NCBI RefSeq assembly: GCF_009914755.1
Contig: NC_060934.1
Reading direction: 5' to 3' (one strand)
Source of the DNA: the human T2T-CHM13v2.0 reference genome, Homo sapiens
Length of the DNA stretch: 64,000 nt
Part shown: piece by piece, positions 1-13,272 of the stretch
How positions within the stretch are numbered: position 1 is the first letter of the stretch
How the letters are laid out: every line of letters begins with the position of its first letter
Translations under genes and position numbers: made by a program
The notes under the pieces: model-generated
Told to the model about the DNA's origin: nothing
Seen by the model: only the letters and a program-made list of their open reading frames with translations
Databases searched by the model: none

Positions 1-373
1 AAGGTCGATTCATGCTGACTTTCTAGAACTAAGTCAAACGGAAACACTTCAGCTATGACAGGAAATATCCTCTCCATTTACATAGGGCGTACAGCGATTA
101 AATGACTTTGTAACTTTACCTCATCCCCTTCATTTACATAGGGCGCACACGAAGTAACCAATGGAAACCTCTAGAGGGTATTTAAATCCCAGAAAATTCT
201 GTAACGGGGATCTTGAGCACCTATGCTTGGGCCCCCTCACACCCTGAGGAGCGTAATTTCATTTTCAATAAATCTCTGCTTCTGTTGCTTCATTCTTTCC
301 TTGTTTTGTTTGTGCATTTTGTCCAATTCTTTGTTCAAAACACCAAGAACCTGGACATCCTCCAGCAGTAACA
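1..373 (+). mobile_element. ERV1 LTR, MER51A-like; 5' end lies outside the window
   Basis: Duplicated CATTTACATAGGGCG, CCAAT (~158), TATTTAAA (~179), AATAAA (~267), and the terminus ...CCAAGAACCTGGACATCCTCCAGCAGTAACA, matching the recalled MER51A 3' end. No PBS follows. Confidence 0.8.
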
Positions 374-689
374 CTTCTGGGTGCGTGGATGTGCTTTGGG
401 TGGAGCATCCTGCAAGGGAAAGGCTTTGCGTAGGGATCCGACAACTACTGGGCCCTAACGATGAAGCAGGAGTCGGCCAGGCCCAGGACGGGGTGGAAGG
501 AGAGGGGAAATCCTGGCAGATAATGTCAAGGTCAGGGCCTGAAAGGCCTGGAGTCTGGGGAGCTGGGCTGGTGGAAGACATAGAAAGGCTCTAAACAGAA
601 CCTGGGTTTTCTGTGTCTGGACAACAGGGAGTCAAGAGTTGCTTTAAATACTGAACTTTGTGGATGGTGAAGGTGCTGCCTGCCCTCTC

Positions 690-1095
690 CTGTCTTCAGA
701 GGAAGACACTCTCCACTCTTCACACCGTTTGGTTCTGTGGTGGGCGGGGGGGTGCTCCTCCACTCTTGATCCAGAGATGAACATGTGACCCAAGCTAAGC
801 CCATCACAAATCTTCCCTACAGCATGTTGAGCTGGGATGTCTGGGGATGACGTCTTTCTTCTCTGTTCTCAAGGCTCTGAGAATGTGGCCACCACCTCCA
901 TCCTGGTCCCTTACTTCAGGAGAAAGCTAGTCAGAGAGAACAAAGCTGTCACCCTCAGGCAGGGACAAAAGGCAGGGAGAGGGAGATGGACCTGTTGCCC
1001 ATGGGGCCTGCTCCGCCTCTCCTCCTCCTCATAAGTCCCTCTCTTCTGCCTACGCTGGCTGGAGCTGGGTTTTGCAACCAGAGTCCTGATCAGTA
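690..1095 (+). mobile_element. Degenerate ERVL-type LTR (LTR16/LTR33-like)
   Basis: CATGTGACCCAAGCTAAGCCCATCA near 782, and 3' end GCTGGGTTTTGCAACCAGAGTCCTGATCAGTA resembling the LTR16/33 terminus. Boundaries approximate. Confidence 0.5.
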
Positions 1096-1887
1096 TGGCA
1101 GGGAAGGAAAAGCAGCGGGAATATGCAAATGTCAGAGATGAGAAGCACTTCCTTACACAGTCAGAGTTCTTAGACCTGCTCCCAGCCAAGTTCAGAACTG
1201 AGAGTCAGCTCCTTGTTTTACATGGATTGCAATATGTTGAGGATATGCCTGGCTTAAATCAGTTAGACCCCAATGGCAGGTCTCCGCTGCAGTCTACTTA
1301 ACAGCGAGTGTTTGAGAGAGGGTGCGGAAAACATAAAACACAGACGGGCCCTCACACTCACTGGCAAAGGCACGTGGGCCTCCCAAGTGCTGCCCCTCAC
1401 TCTCCTCAGCAGTGCACATGTCGTGCCAGAGAAAGTTGCCCTCCTTGGCAGCGTTGAGCTCTGAAACCCCTGTCTTCTAAGCTCACCTCCTCTGAGCTGC
1501 CAGAGGGGCTGCCTGGGCAGGCTCATTCACAGGGCACCCTGGCCCTGTCACGAGTCACGAGCAAAGGAGAGGAAGAGGGGAAGGAGAGCAGGCAAGGCAG
1601 TGGGAAGGTGACAGGGCCCTGAAGAGAAGAGTGTGAAGAAGGGGTAGTCCTTAGTCACAGGCAGAGAGCTCCAGGAGGGTGGAGGAGTCTGGTGACCTTG
1701 ACAATGGAGATGCAGCAGGTGAGCCCAGGTCAAGGTGACAGGCGAGGTGAACGAATTTTCCACAGCACAGTTCCAAAGGGAAGCAGAGAGGCGGGATGTG
1801 AAAACCAGAGATGGGGACTTGAGGGGAATAACTGGAGGGATGGGGTTGAGAGGGGACATGGGCGAAGCTGCAGAGGAACAGGCAGAA

Positions 1888-2765
1888 GGATGCAGAGCAC
1901 AGAGGGATACACACAACACAGGACAATGTGCAGAGCACGGGGTAATGCACACAGCACGGGAGAAAGCACAGAGCACAGGGAGAGAATGCACAGGGCACCG
2001 GGAGAGGAGGCACAGAGCACAGGGGGAGGCACAGAGCATGGAGGGGAGGATGCACAGAGCACGGGGAGAGGATGCACAGAGCACAGGGAGGATGCACAGA
2101 GCACAGGGAGAGGCACAGAGCATGGAGGGGAGGATGCACAGAGCATGAGGGATGCACAGAGCATGGGAAGATGCACAGAGCATGGGGAGAGGATGCACAG
2201 AGCACGGAGAGAGGATGCACGGAGCACGGGGAGGATGCAAGAGCACGGGGAGAGAATGCACAGAGCATGGGGAGAGGATGCACAGAGCACGGAGAGAGGA
2301 TGCACAGAGCACGGGGAGGATGCACAGAGCATGGAGAGAGGATGCACAGAGCATGGGGCAGGGATGCACAGAGCCCGGGGTGGGGATGCAGAGAGCAGAG
2401 GCGGGGAGGATGCAGAGAGCATGGGGCGGGGATGCACAGAGCATGGATTGGGGGATGCACAGAGCACAGGGAGAGGATGCACAGAGCACAGGGAGAGGAT
2501 GCACAGAGCATGGTGGGGAGGATTCGCAGAGCATGGGGGTGGGGATGCACAGAGCACGGGTGGGAGGATGAGCAGAGCATGGAGTGGGGATGCACACAGC
2601 ACGGTGGGGAGGAAGCGCAGAGCATGGGGAGTAGATGCACAGAGCACGGTGGGGAGGGTGCGCAGAGCATGGGGAGAGGATGCACAGAGCATGGTGGGGA
2701 GGATGCACAGAGCATGGAGGGGGGATGCACAGAGCATGGAAGATGCAGCTAAGGATGCACACAGC
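1888..2765. repeat. Minisatellite/VNTR, ~40 units of 21-23 bp, consensus GGATGCACAGAGCAYGGGGAGA
   Basis: Directly visible tandem array with a strongly purine-rich + strand. It explains the overlapping repetitive ORFs on both strands. Confidence 0.97.
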
Positions 2766-2823
2766 CTATTCTCTACTGAGCCAGAACCCATAGTGGCCTC
2801 AATAGTCTTAAAAAAGAGCACAC

Positions 2824-3138
<315 letters not shown>

Positions 3139-3974
3139 TTAAATATTACAGAGAAAGGAAAGGAAGAATTTAATGTAGATTAAGTTATATTAATTATTAC
3201 GTATATTATTTACTATGTACTTGTACTTCTATCACATCCTTTATTAATATTTTAGCAATTCAGGTCTTAACAATGTTGAAATCTTATTTGAATGAACAAG
3301 GTATATAGATACCTAATATTAAGGGGAGTGATGGGTGCAGACATTTGTAGAACAAAGATACATCATTCGAAGGCTTCTGACCAGGCTTAACTGAAAGCTG
3401 GTTTGGACAGATGGCCAAGGAGAAAAGTCATTTTACGTATGAGGGAGAGAAAAGTCCACCAGGAAAGCTGGGGATTAGAGAAAACGAGCTTTTGATAGAC
3501 AACTGTCAGCAAACTGGAGGACAGAGTAATTTTAGGGTTAAACAGCAGTAAAATTAATTAGAAGGTTTTGAAATGTGACTCAGAACAGCAATACAAAGCC
3601 CTAAAACTACCCACTGCTCCTCATCATCATCCAAGTGTCATTGGAGCTAAGCAGAAATACAACCACAGTCATGCTTGGAGCTCTGGAAAGTTCTTAAGCA
3701 CTGTGTTATGTCTTCTCTTGTCTAAGGAGAGTGGAACAGGGGCTTGTGCTTACAGCCCTGACCATGTCCCACTGCTGCTGAGGCACTAAATGATATGTTC
3801 CTTTTCGAGTTTTTCTTATGCAGTCTGGAAAAGAAATGTTGATTTACAGATAAGATGCAGTCATACCACTTGTGTACATTGTATCTTCTCAAGATATTTT
3901 GAAGACAAGAGAGGGGAAGGGGAAGGGGAAGACAGGAACAGGAGGAAAGCCAGCAAAGATTCATGCTCAGCATA

Positions 3975-4156
3975 CAACAGAGTCTTGCAAAATGCAGGCG
4001 GTGAATGTTACGTGCGCTCACCACAAAAATGGTAACTGGGAGGTAATACATTTGTTTATTAGCTAGATTCAACTATCTCCTTCAAAACAACATGGTGTGC
4101 CCAACAAAAACACGCAATGATATGTCCATTTAAATAGCTAAATACCTAAATAAATA
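3975..4156 (+). mobile_element. L1MA/L1MB 3' UTR fragment
   Basis: CTCACCACAAAAATGGTAACT...TTATTAGCTAGATT...TTCAAAACAACATG, typical of L1M 3' ends, followed by an A-rich tail. Confidence 0.6.
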
Positions 4157-4454
4157 CCAACTCCCCCCTCTCCAAAAAAAAGCCCCAAACTGAAGATGGG
4201 CTTTCTGTTGATCAGCCCCAGTGCTATGAGCTGGAAAAACAGGCAGCTTCCTTGGTTTTCTTTCAGGGGTTTGAATGAGAGATGGAGAGAAGCAATATGA
4301 CCTGATATCGGAACTCCTTCCCAGCTCTCCCTTCCAGGAATCTGTGTTTCTGCAGCCAAGACTCCAGGTGTCATGCGCTCCACACCCTTGGGAATGAACC
4401 CACCATGCAGGGCTTTGTGTGCCCCTGCTCCCTGCTCTGACTTCCTCAGGTCCT

Positions 4455-5015
4455 GCTTGGAGATCATGCTGCTGTCCCTGCTAAAACTCTTTAGTGTCTT
4501 CTTGTTGGCCCTGGGGTGAAATCCCAACGCCTCCCGATGGCCTCCGAGGTGCTTGCAACCTCATGCTGCCCACCCTGCCACCACACTGTGCTCACTTTTT
4601 CCTCTAGCTCATGCTACTCTAGCCAACACTGGCCTCTGGTTGGTTCTAGAACATTCCAGATCCTCTCCCTCTGAGGGCCATTGCACCTGCTGTGCCCATG
4701 TCTGGAACATTCTTTACATGGCTTTTCATGTAGCCAGCACCTTTTCATCCTTCTGCTCTTGGTTTCAGTGTTGTCTCCCCAGAGGGTCCTTTCCTGATCT
4801 CTTATCTAAAGCAGCCCCATCACCACTATTAGCCCCCATCGCAGTCCTCCTTTGGTTTTCTGCCTGGTATTCCTATTTTGTTTATGCGTCTCCTTACTTA
4901 TCTCTACCTTCAAGAATGTGAGCCACAGGAGGGCTCCTATGTCATCGCTGTATTCCCTCACTTCCAGCCCTGCAGAGAGCCTGCACCTCCTCCTGGCTGT
5001 AAGCATTAATAGCTG
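4455..5015 (+). mobile_element. L2 3' fragment
   Basis: CACTGGCCTC...CTAGAACATTCC...GGGCCATTGCACCTGCTGTGCCC...AGAATGTGAGCCACAGGAGGGC, typical L2 3' motifs. Confidence 0.7.
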
Positions 5016-5024
5016 CTAAACACA

Positions 5025-5225
5025 CCCTGGTCCAGGTACTGTGCTGAGCCCCTGATATCTCATTTAATCCATATATTATCTGGCCCATGGATATTATTTT
5101 TTTAATCCCTATTTAAAAGAGGAAACCAAGACACAGCAGGGTCAAATGACCTGCCCAAGGTCATGCCATCCATGACAGTGTCCGGGTGGTTTTGCTTTAG
5201 AATTTGTGCTCTTAACCACTGCGTG
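5025..5225 (-). mobile_element. MIR
   Basis: Antisense MIR core GAGGAAACCAAGACACAGCAGGGTCAAATGACCTGCCCAAGGTCA...GCTCTTAACCACT. Confidence 0.75.
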
Positions 5226-5849
5226 GCGCTACCAGACCTTACAGGATGGTCAAGCAATATTGACGGAGTGTCTGCTGCAGGTGCTGTGCTAAGTGCTGAA
5301 TACATTACATGTTGAGCAGATGAATACGTGAAAGAATAAGTGAATTTGAGGAGCATGCGGCAGGCACTGCCCCTTTTGCTTCGGGCTTTCTGCTCCTTCC
5401 TGGGTGATACACGTCCCACATCTTTCTCCAGCACCATGACTTGCCAGGGAGCATGGATGAAACTGAGAAGGCGCTGGATGGAGGTTTTCTAAGATGTGTG
5501 CCTAATTTAAAAGGGGCCGGGAGTCAAAGTCCCCTGGAGAGAACTAAGGGGGGTGGATGGACAATGGCAGTATTGGAAATGTGACAGCAATGGCCTTGGA
5601 GCCTGCAGATTTCCCCAAAGAGAAAATCCAATTAGATGGACTATCTTACGTCAGCAAATGAAAACAGAAGGTGAATGCATAATTTCATGAGAACATTCTT
5701 TTTCTCTGCTTATTAGATTAGGTGATCTAACAAGGCACTCTGCTTCTCTCAATACCAGGAAGTAAAATGCATTTTAACTGTGCCAGGAGTTGATTTTGCT
5801 ATTTGCCGTTTGTTGTGGGATGACACGTGACACCTAAATATTCTTTCAT

Positions 5850-6610
5850 TTAAACAATATCTAGCATGCTGCACAATGGGAATAAGATGCTCCAGGAGGC
5901 CCCACTGCTGAAGGACACAGACCCAGAGTGGTCAGGGCTCCATGACAGGGACACGCCCAAAGCACTGCTGGAGCCCCAGGAAAGGCTTCCAACCCAGAAG
6001 TCAGCCTGGGGAGGGGGTGCCCAAGGGAGCTGGGAAAGATGGGGAAGAATGAGCTGGGCTGGTGGGGAAAAGGTGAGGAGAGGAATGGGAAATGGGGAGG
6101 AGAGCATTCCAGCGAGAGGGGACTGCATCCTCAAAGGTATGGGGGTGCAGAAACAGCATGCTAGCGGGCAACGCGCAGAGGGGAGGGGAAATGACACGGA
6201 TGCCAGGTGGTCAGGGCGCAGGGCCTGAGGCAGGGAGACCCGCTGCTGCTGAGACAGGCAGGCTGGGGACAGAACCTACATGCTGCCCAATGCTGCTGAC
6301 TTTATCCTGTGCCATGCAGAGCCGCCAAACACGGAAGGGACCTGAGCAGACACAAGCTTCAGAGCCACAGGTGGTTCTGACAGCCACACAGATGAGACTT
6401 GGAGGGGAAAGAGAAAAATACAGGCTCCAGGAAGGTTAGCAAGGAGGCTGGTGTGAGCGTCCATACAGAGCACCAGGCCAGGACACAACTGGATGGGAAA
6501 TTCAGGGGGGCCCAGAATCAGGAACTGCGTAACAGACTGAGGACTCTTGCGTGATGTCAACAGAGATGGGTCACTCATAAAGGAGAGAAGAGACATGAGT
6601 TCAGTCTTAG
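5850..6610 (-). mobile_element. L2 fragments (antisense)
   Basis: GAGAGCATTCCAGCGAGAGGGGACTGCATCCTCAAAGG and ATGAGTTCAGTCTTAGCCATG are degenerate antisense L2 motifs. Boundaries approximate. Confidence 0.5.
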
Positions 6611-6614
6611 CCAT

Positions 6615-7028
6615 GGATGTAGTTTAGATACTTGTCCCCACTCAAATCTCACATTGAATTGTAATCCCCAAAGCTGGAGGTGGGGTCTGGTAGGAGGTGT
6701 TTGGATTGTGGGGGCGGATCCTTGATGGCTTGGTGCTGTCTTCGTGAGAATGAGTTTTTGCAAGATCTGGTCAATTAAAAGCATGTGGCACCTCCTCCTC
6801 CCACCCCTTCCTCTCACTTTCTCCCGCTTTCATCATACGAGGTACATGTTTCCACTGCACCTTCCACCATGACTGCAAGCTTTCTGAGGCTTCCCCAGAA
6901 GCTGAGCAGATGCCGATGCTATGCTTCCTGTAAAGCCTGCAGAACCGTGAGCCAATGAAACCTTTTTTCTTTATAAATTACCAAGTCTCAGGTATTTCTT
7001 CATAGCAACGCAAGAATGTCCTAATCCA
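6615..7028 (+). mobile_element. MST (MSTA/MSTB) solo LTR, ERVL-MaLR
   Basis: Runs from GATGTAGTTTAGAT...CAAATCTCAC to AAATTACCAAGTCTCAGGTATTTCTT...CTAATCCA; 5-bp TSD GCCAT at 6610-6614 and 7029-7033. Confidence 0.92.
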
Positions 7029-8841
7029 GCCATGCTCAGTGCTGAGAGCTGTTCTCTTTCTTGGACACGTCATGGGAGCAGGTGACTCCTACGGTTTGGA
7101 GACACATGGTGTCCACCCTCATTTAGAGAGGACAAGTAGACTCCCATCCTTTTTGGCCGAGTACTGTATTTTCTGATTTCAAAATCTTTGGACATACTGG
7201 CTGAAAACGAGTATTTAGAATTTGCATGAAAATATTACCATGTAGGTAAAGTTCTTCCTGATAAAATGTCCTGCATTTCTGAAATGATTTGAGTATTGAC
7301 TCAAAACATGAATGACCTCCAAATTGCTTTCAGATCAATATTGAAATTATCCAACTTTAACTTTACCCTTATATAATTTAGTTACACAGTTTGAATGAGA
7401 TGGATTTCATTAAGATAACATATGTTACACTCCAAAGCATGGGAGAGCTGAAAGAAACCCCCCGGCCCCAGAAGTGAATCAGCCTTTCTCTTGTGTTCTG
7501 CCAGGATTCTGTAACAAGACTTTCCCTATTCGGCCTTATTTCTTGTTTACTTGTCTTCCTCCCACACTGGGTTGAGCTAAAAAGCAGAAACAACACCTCT
7601 AAACCTAGCATAATGCCTAGCATAGAAGAAGTGCTTCGTAAATAAACGAATGAGAAACTGAATCATTATCATAGAAACGCAACCCAATCTGGATAGAATG
7701 TGTCAGAACTAGTTGGATCAATTAAAAATAAAAGAAATATGCTTCAAATTGCTTACACTGATCATACAGGGGGTATGGGGTGGGGACAATCTCATTCATT
7801 CCTTCATTATTTCAAGAATTCTGAATGTTCTCCGGTCATCCAGTTCAATGCTGACAACATGTTATCAATTTCAAACTGCTTAAATGAGGGAAACAGGGAA
7901 AGAAAAGTAAGAGATTGGCATCAATTACTTAGAATATGAAAAAACTCATTGATGACATGTCAACTTTTTCCTATTATTTCTTTGAAGACCATACGTATTG
8001 TTGGAGGGTTTAATTATTCTGTACAGCATATTCATGCCATGCCAAAGTGTCACAAGACAGTTCTTGTTTGTCAATTAACACCAGCAGGCAGTATAGATAC
8101 TCTTTGCAATTAAATCATGCCAGGCAATGTAGGCTTCAGTGATTTCTTCTTCCTGGTGGATCCATTTGGTATTCGAACAAAGCATCCAACCGAGTTTTTT
8201 GCTGAAGATTTACTTTATCATGTCATCATTCCACAAATTACAAAATCATTCATATGTAAATTTGGGTAATGGATTTCTTTTATTAGAATGTGGAAATACA
8301 GCTACAAATACTTTCATATGTGGGACTAAGGGCCAAGAGCTTTAACAAAACATAGCACCGAATAAAGATCATAATTAAAAATCATGATCAGGATTTTCCA
8401 AGTTACTAAAATGATATCCTTTAATGAAAACTGTCCATTCCACAATCACAGGTAAATAAATATAGAGAAAAGATCTGGAAGGCAAACGGTATGCACCCAG
8501 ACCGGACCCTGCATCCTCTGAAAACACTCACTCTGGTTTTCAGCAGAAACTCTAGACTAGCTGGAATCATGAAGATCTTCATGCTGCTATCATTGGCTTT
8601 TCTGGACTATTTTATGAAAAGATCAGACAGTTGAAAGATTCTCTGTAAAACCAGTATACTGAGGTATAAAATAAGAGGAGAAAAATGAAAAAGAAGTATC
8701 GAAGACATCTGGTATTTCTCACATCTCAACTTTGCTCAAACTTCTTTCAGAACCTTGTCTTTGCAAATATTTATGCTTCTTTTTTATGGCACAAGTTATC
8801 ACAGCCTGGTAAAGAACTCATGGTCTGGGTTCTCATCTTAA

Positions 8842-9241
<400 letters not shown>

Positions 9242-9299
9242 GGGGGCATTCGCTTTTGATACGTACTTCCTTACTTTATCTTGAAAGAGACTCTGCAGG

Positions 9300-9450
9300 G
9301 TAAGGACTGTAATTGCCTGCTTGATAAGGAAGAGGAAGCACTCAGAGAGGTTAAGTGACTTGTCCAAAGCCACACAGCTGAGCCCTGGAGACTAAACTTG
9401 ACTCTATTTAGCTCCAAAGACCACCTGTTCCTAACCACTGGTGGACACTG
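9300..9450 (-). mobile_element. MIR
   Basis: Core CTCAGAGAGGTTAAGTGACTTGTCCAAAGCCACACAGCT. Confidence 0.8.
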
Positions 9451-10271
9451 CCTTCCCAGGAAGCAGCATCAGCATATGGTTCTGACGGTCTGAAAAATAA
9501 GCAGCAACAAACCAAATTCCGTATTTTTCTGAAATATTTTTTCCTCCATGTTGGAAGAGACACTTGAAAACGGTGCTACGCTATTTCTCTTCACACGCAA
9601 TTCAATTTTGTTACAAAATCCAAATTATTTTTGGATATAATTTCAGTATTTTGGGATCCTAACTATTTAAACTGTACATCTGTAAGAACAATGGAGCACG
9701 TACATTCCATTTTTCTTTTGTTATTCTCCATTTACTAAAAGATTCAAAATGATCAAAACAACTTTTGTTTTCCCCTGGAATAAAAAAAGCTTCCTTTGCC
9801 CAGCTCTTTCTCATTTAGTTTCACAAACTATATTAAAGAAAACTGCTGATACAGCATTTTGGAAGCTGTAGGGGACAACAAAGTTTCCTGCAAAATAACT
9901 TCTTAATATACTGCTTCACTATAAGTCACAAATACACAGAATTTTGGGTCCAATCATGTGACACACTGAGACATGCTGTTATGATTGTCTTTTGGGACTG
10001 TTCAGATGAGCCTATCTGTTCATGAGCGAAGAGTTCACAGACAGCCTTTTGGACTGCTGCAGACTCAGTGGAGGTCTCTATAAGAACAGGAGGGCTGACT
10101 TGTCAACTGGCTGAAATGTATGAGCAGGTGGAAACTGATGGGTTTCCACCTTTGCAGCTCTCCAGCTGGCATGAGACTCAGTCTTAAGGCTTTGGGCGTT
10201 TTCTCCCCTTTCAAATGACTAGATACAGTTTGCAAGTCTTGGATGAGGACTTACATACCATTTCAGGCAGG

Positions 10272-10566
10272 TTTCTTTTTTTTTGTTTTTTGTTTTTTTT
10301 GAGACGGAGTCTCGTTTTATCACCAGGCTGGAGTGCAGTGGCGCGAGATCTCGGCTCACTGCAACCTCCACCTCCCGGTTTAAGTGATTCTCCTGCCCCA
10401 GCCTCCCGCGTAGCTGAGACTACAGGCATGTGCCACCACACCCAGGTAATTTTTGTATTTTTAGTAGAGATGGGGTTTCACCATATTGGCCAGGATGGTC
10501 TCCATCTCTTGACCTTGTGATCCGCCCGCCTCGACCTCCCAAAGGCATGAGCCATCATGCCCGGCC
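10272..10566 (-). mobile_element. AluSc-like
   Basis: CAGGATGGTCTCCATCTCTTGACCTTGTGATCC and TCACCAGGCTG diagnostics; internal deletion near the 5' end. Confidence 0.92.
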
Positions 10567-10914
10567 TCAGGCTGTTTTTAATGTGTCATGATTGCCTTCC
10601 TAGTATGAGATCTATCAAGTTTCAGTAGCACAATTTTAAGAACAAAAAAATAGGGCCTCAGATACAGGGGAAAAGTTGTAAACCTGATAAACGATTACTT
10701 CCACTGACAGTAAAGCCCCACGCCCACTTCTCTCAGACTGAATCGCAAGGGTAGATTTAGTAGGTCAGCTTACGTTGCATTCTTCAAACGTTTCTACCAA
10801 CACAGGTAAAACAGTCATTTCTCTTAAACTTCAAAATTTTCCTTCTTCCTTTCAGAAAACAAGAGTTGGCTGTAACAGTAGCAACAGCATCAGTCACTAA
10901 GTAGCATCAGTCAC

Positions 10915-11070
10915 TAACGTTCATTTGAGCTCCTCCTAAGCAAAGGCACTTTACGTGTATTTTTAAATTTAACTTTTACAACAATTTTGGCAGGTAGGTA
11001 CTTATTTGTATATGAGACACTGGAGGCAAAGAGAGGTTAGGCAACTTTGCCGGGGTCACACAGCTGGCAC
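10915..11070 (-). mobile_element. MIR
   Basis: GAGGCAAAGAGAGGTTAGGCAACTTTGCCGGGGTCACACAGCTGG. Confidence 0.7.
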
Positions 11071-11599
11071 TGTGTAGGCATTTTGACTTCAGAGCTCTTA
11101 TTGCTATACTTATACAACTTCTATTTCCCCTTAATCTGACTTTTGCCTTTTCTGCCCATATTCCTTTAAAGGGACAACTATACTTAATGTAGCAATCTCT
11201 GTCTTTGAAAGAAATTATAAAGAATTTGGAGTGAGTTGGGTGAATCTATTTCCCACTTATTGCCATGGGTCAAAACTGAAAGGAACAACGAGGAACTGCA
11301 TAAATCAGGATTCTGTTTGCCTCTAGTGTGGAGAATAATCACCTTAGTCATTTTATGTGTATCAGTTCATACTATTCCATGCGTAAAGGTGCATGAAATA
11401 TTCAATAATGCGAGTGAACGATCAAACTCATTTATATTTATTCATTAGTGCCACATACCACCCGCAAATAGTCTATAGACTAGAAGCAAAGTGAACCTCG
11501 AATTCATTTTCTAATTGCCCTTCTTGCCCTGGACTGCAAGTGGTATTTATTAGCCACTGCTCATTAAGCATCCACATGGTCTATGATGTGGGAGGACAC

Positions 11600-11725
11600 G
11601 TGACAACTGGTGAGTCTTTAAATCTTTATAATGACACTATGAGTTGGTATATGGCCATTTTATAGATATAGGAATTGAGGCTCAGAAGTGTTAAGAAATG
11701 TGTTCAAGGCCACACACTCTTACAG
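11600..11725 (-). mobile_element. MIR
   Basis: CCATTTTATAGATATAGGAATTGAGGCTCAGAAGTGTTAAG...CAAGGCCACAC. Confidence 0.7.
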
Positions 11726-12164
11726 CGGCAATGGGCTTGGGTTGTCACATGCTAACATATCTTACACCCAGCCCTTGGTCACATGCATGTTGGATAGGAA
11801 AGCATACCTTTCTCCCTTCCTGTCCCAGAAAATTCTTGGTTGATTATTTTAAGGAATGTATTTACCTAACTGATTAACTGAACCTCATGTACAAAAATAT
11901 TCAAGTGGAGAGAGGTGCCTTTTCAGCTGGGCTAACTGATGGGGTCTTTCTTACTCACTTCTGAGGCCAGTTCCTGGATCCGAAAGACTTTCAGTCAGTA
12001 TCTGCAGAATGTTTGGGCTGATACATTTCTCAGTAATAAAATGTGGACAAGAAGACCAAACTACCTTCAAAATATATCTCTAGCAGTAGTATAGCAACAG
12101 TGGAAGAACAAATCTCATTCTGCCATTTTCTTCTTTTATGACTTTGAATATGAAATCCGACCTC

Positions 12165-12310
12165 ATGCTGGAGTTTCCTCATATAAAATGAGAATGATAG
12201 TGCCTGCCTCACAGGGACACTATATGGGAAGTTAATATATGCTATAGATGATAAACATGCCGAACCCATATTATGTACTCAGCAAATGGAAGCAATTATT
12301 ATTATTAATA
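12165..12310 (+). mobile_element. MIR 3' half
   Basis: AGTTTCCTCATATAAAATGAGAATGATAGTGCCTGCCTCACAGGG...TACTCAGCAAATG...TTATTATT. Confidence 0.7.
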
Positions 12311-12319
12311 AGTCCGCTG

Positions 12320-13272
12320 GCTTCCATTCGTCTCACCTACCATTTCTCCGGTCCCAGCCACCATTTCCCCTCACCTAACCTTCCATAATAGATTAGCCAG
12401 ACTCCTGTTTTCACTCTTGAAACATTTAGGTCTGTTTTTCATACACCAGCCAGTGTGAAGTTTTTAAAACGAAAACGGATCATGTCACTTCTCCACTTAA
12501 AACACTGCACTGCTCCTTACAGAACCCAGAGCAGAATTCTAATTCCTTAGCGCACGGCCAGGCGCGGTGGCTCACACGGGAATCCTAGCACTTTGGGAGG
12601 CTGAGGCGGGCGGATCACTTGAGGTCAGGAGTTCGAGACCAGCCTGGCCAACATGGTGAAACTCCATCTCTACTAACAATACAAAAATTAGCCGGGTATG
12701 GTGGCACGTGCCTGTAATCCCAGCTACTCAGGAAGCTGAGGCAGGAGATTTGTGTGAATCCGAGAGGCAGAGATTGTAGTGAGCCGAGATCGCACCAGTG
12801 CACTCCAGCCTGGGCCACAGAGTGGGACTCCGTCTCGAAAAAAAACCCAAAAAGCAAAAAACACATTCCTTAGTGTGGACCAGGCCCACCCCCTCTACCT
12901 GCTCAATTCATCCCACTTAGGCTCTGTGGCCTCCCTTTGGTTTCCCAAGTCCACCACCCTTCTTATCTTGGTCTGGAACATTCTTCCCACTTTCTCTGCC
13001 TCGCCAACTCTTAGTAACCCCCATCCAAAATGACAGTATCTGCAGCAATCTTCCCTGCCTGCCCCTTCCTAAATGCGGTTCTCCTTGTTCGCTGCTCTCG
13101 CAAGGTTCTGCCCTGTTCCTTGAGCACATAGTGCCATTTCTCATTTATTTGCTCTGTCATTTGAGGTATGTTTCCCCCATTAGGGCAGAGTCTGTCTGGG
13201 TCCCTCCCCAGCCCTTACATTAATGTCTGGAACTTAGTAGATGCTCAATAAACACTTGTAGAATGAATGGAA
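12320..13272 (+). mobile_element. L2 3' region interrupted by an Alu
   Basis: CAGCCAGTGTGAAGTTTTTAAAACG...GATCATGTCACTTCTCCACTTAAAAC; ends with the L2 tail TAGTAGATGCTCAATAAACACTTGTAGAATGAATG. Confidence 0.8.
12556..12861 (+). mobile_element. AluSx/Sz
   Basis: Full dimeric Alu; TSD core ATTCCTTAG on both sides; nested in L2. Confidence 0.94.

Noticed and set aside
1888-2765. VNTR as a CRISPR-like array or an MRE (TGCRCNC) array
   Set aside because: Linkers are short, related G-rich variants rather than unique spacers; there are no cas genes and the context is eukaryotic. The core reads TGCACAG, not TGCRCNC.
10126-10151. 10-bp perfect hairpin AGGTGGAAAC-TGATGG-GTTTCCACCT, and a 16-bp palindrome at 8568-8583
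   Set aside because: Roughly one of each is expected by chance in 64 kb; too short for a pre-miRNA.
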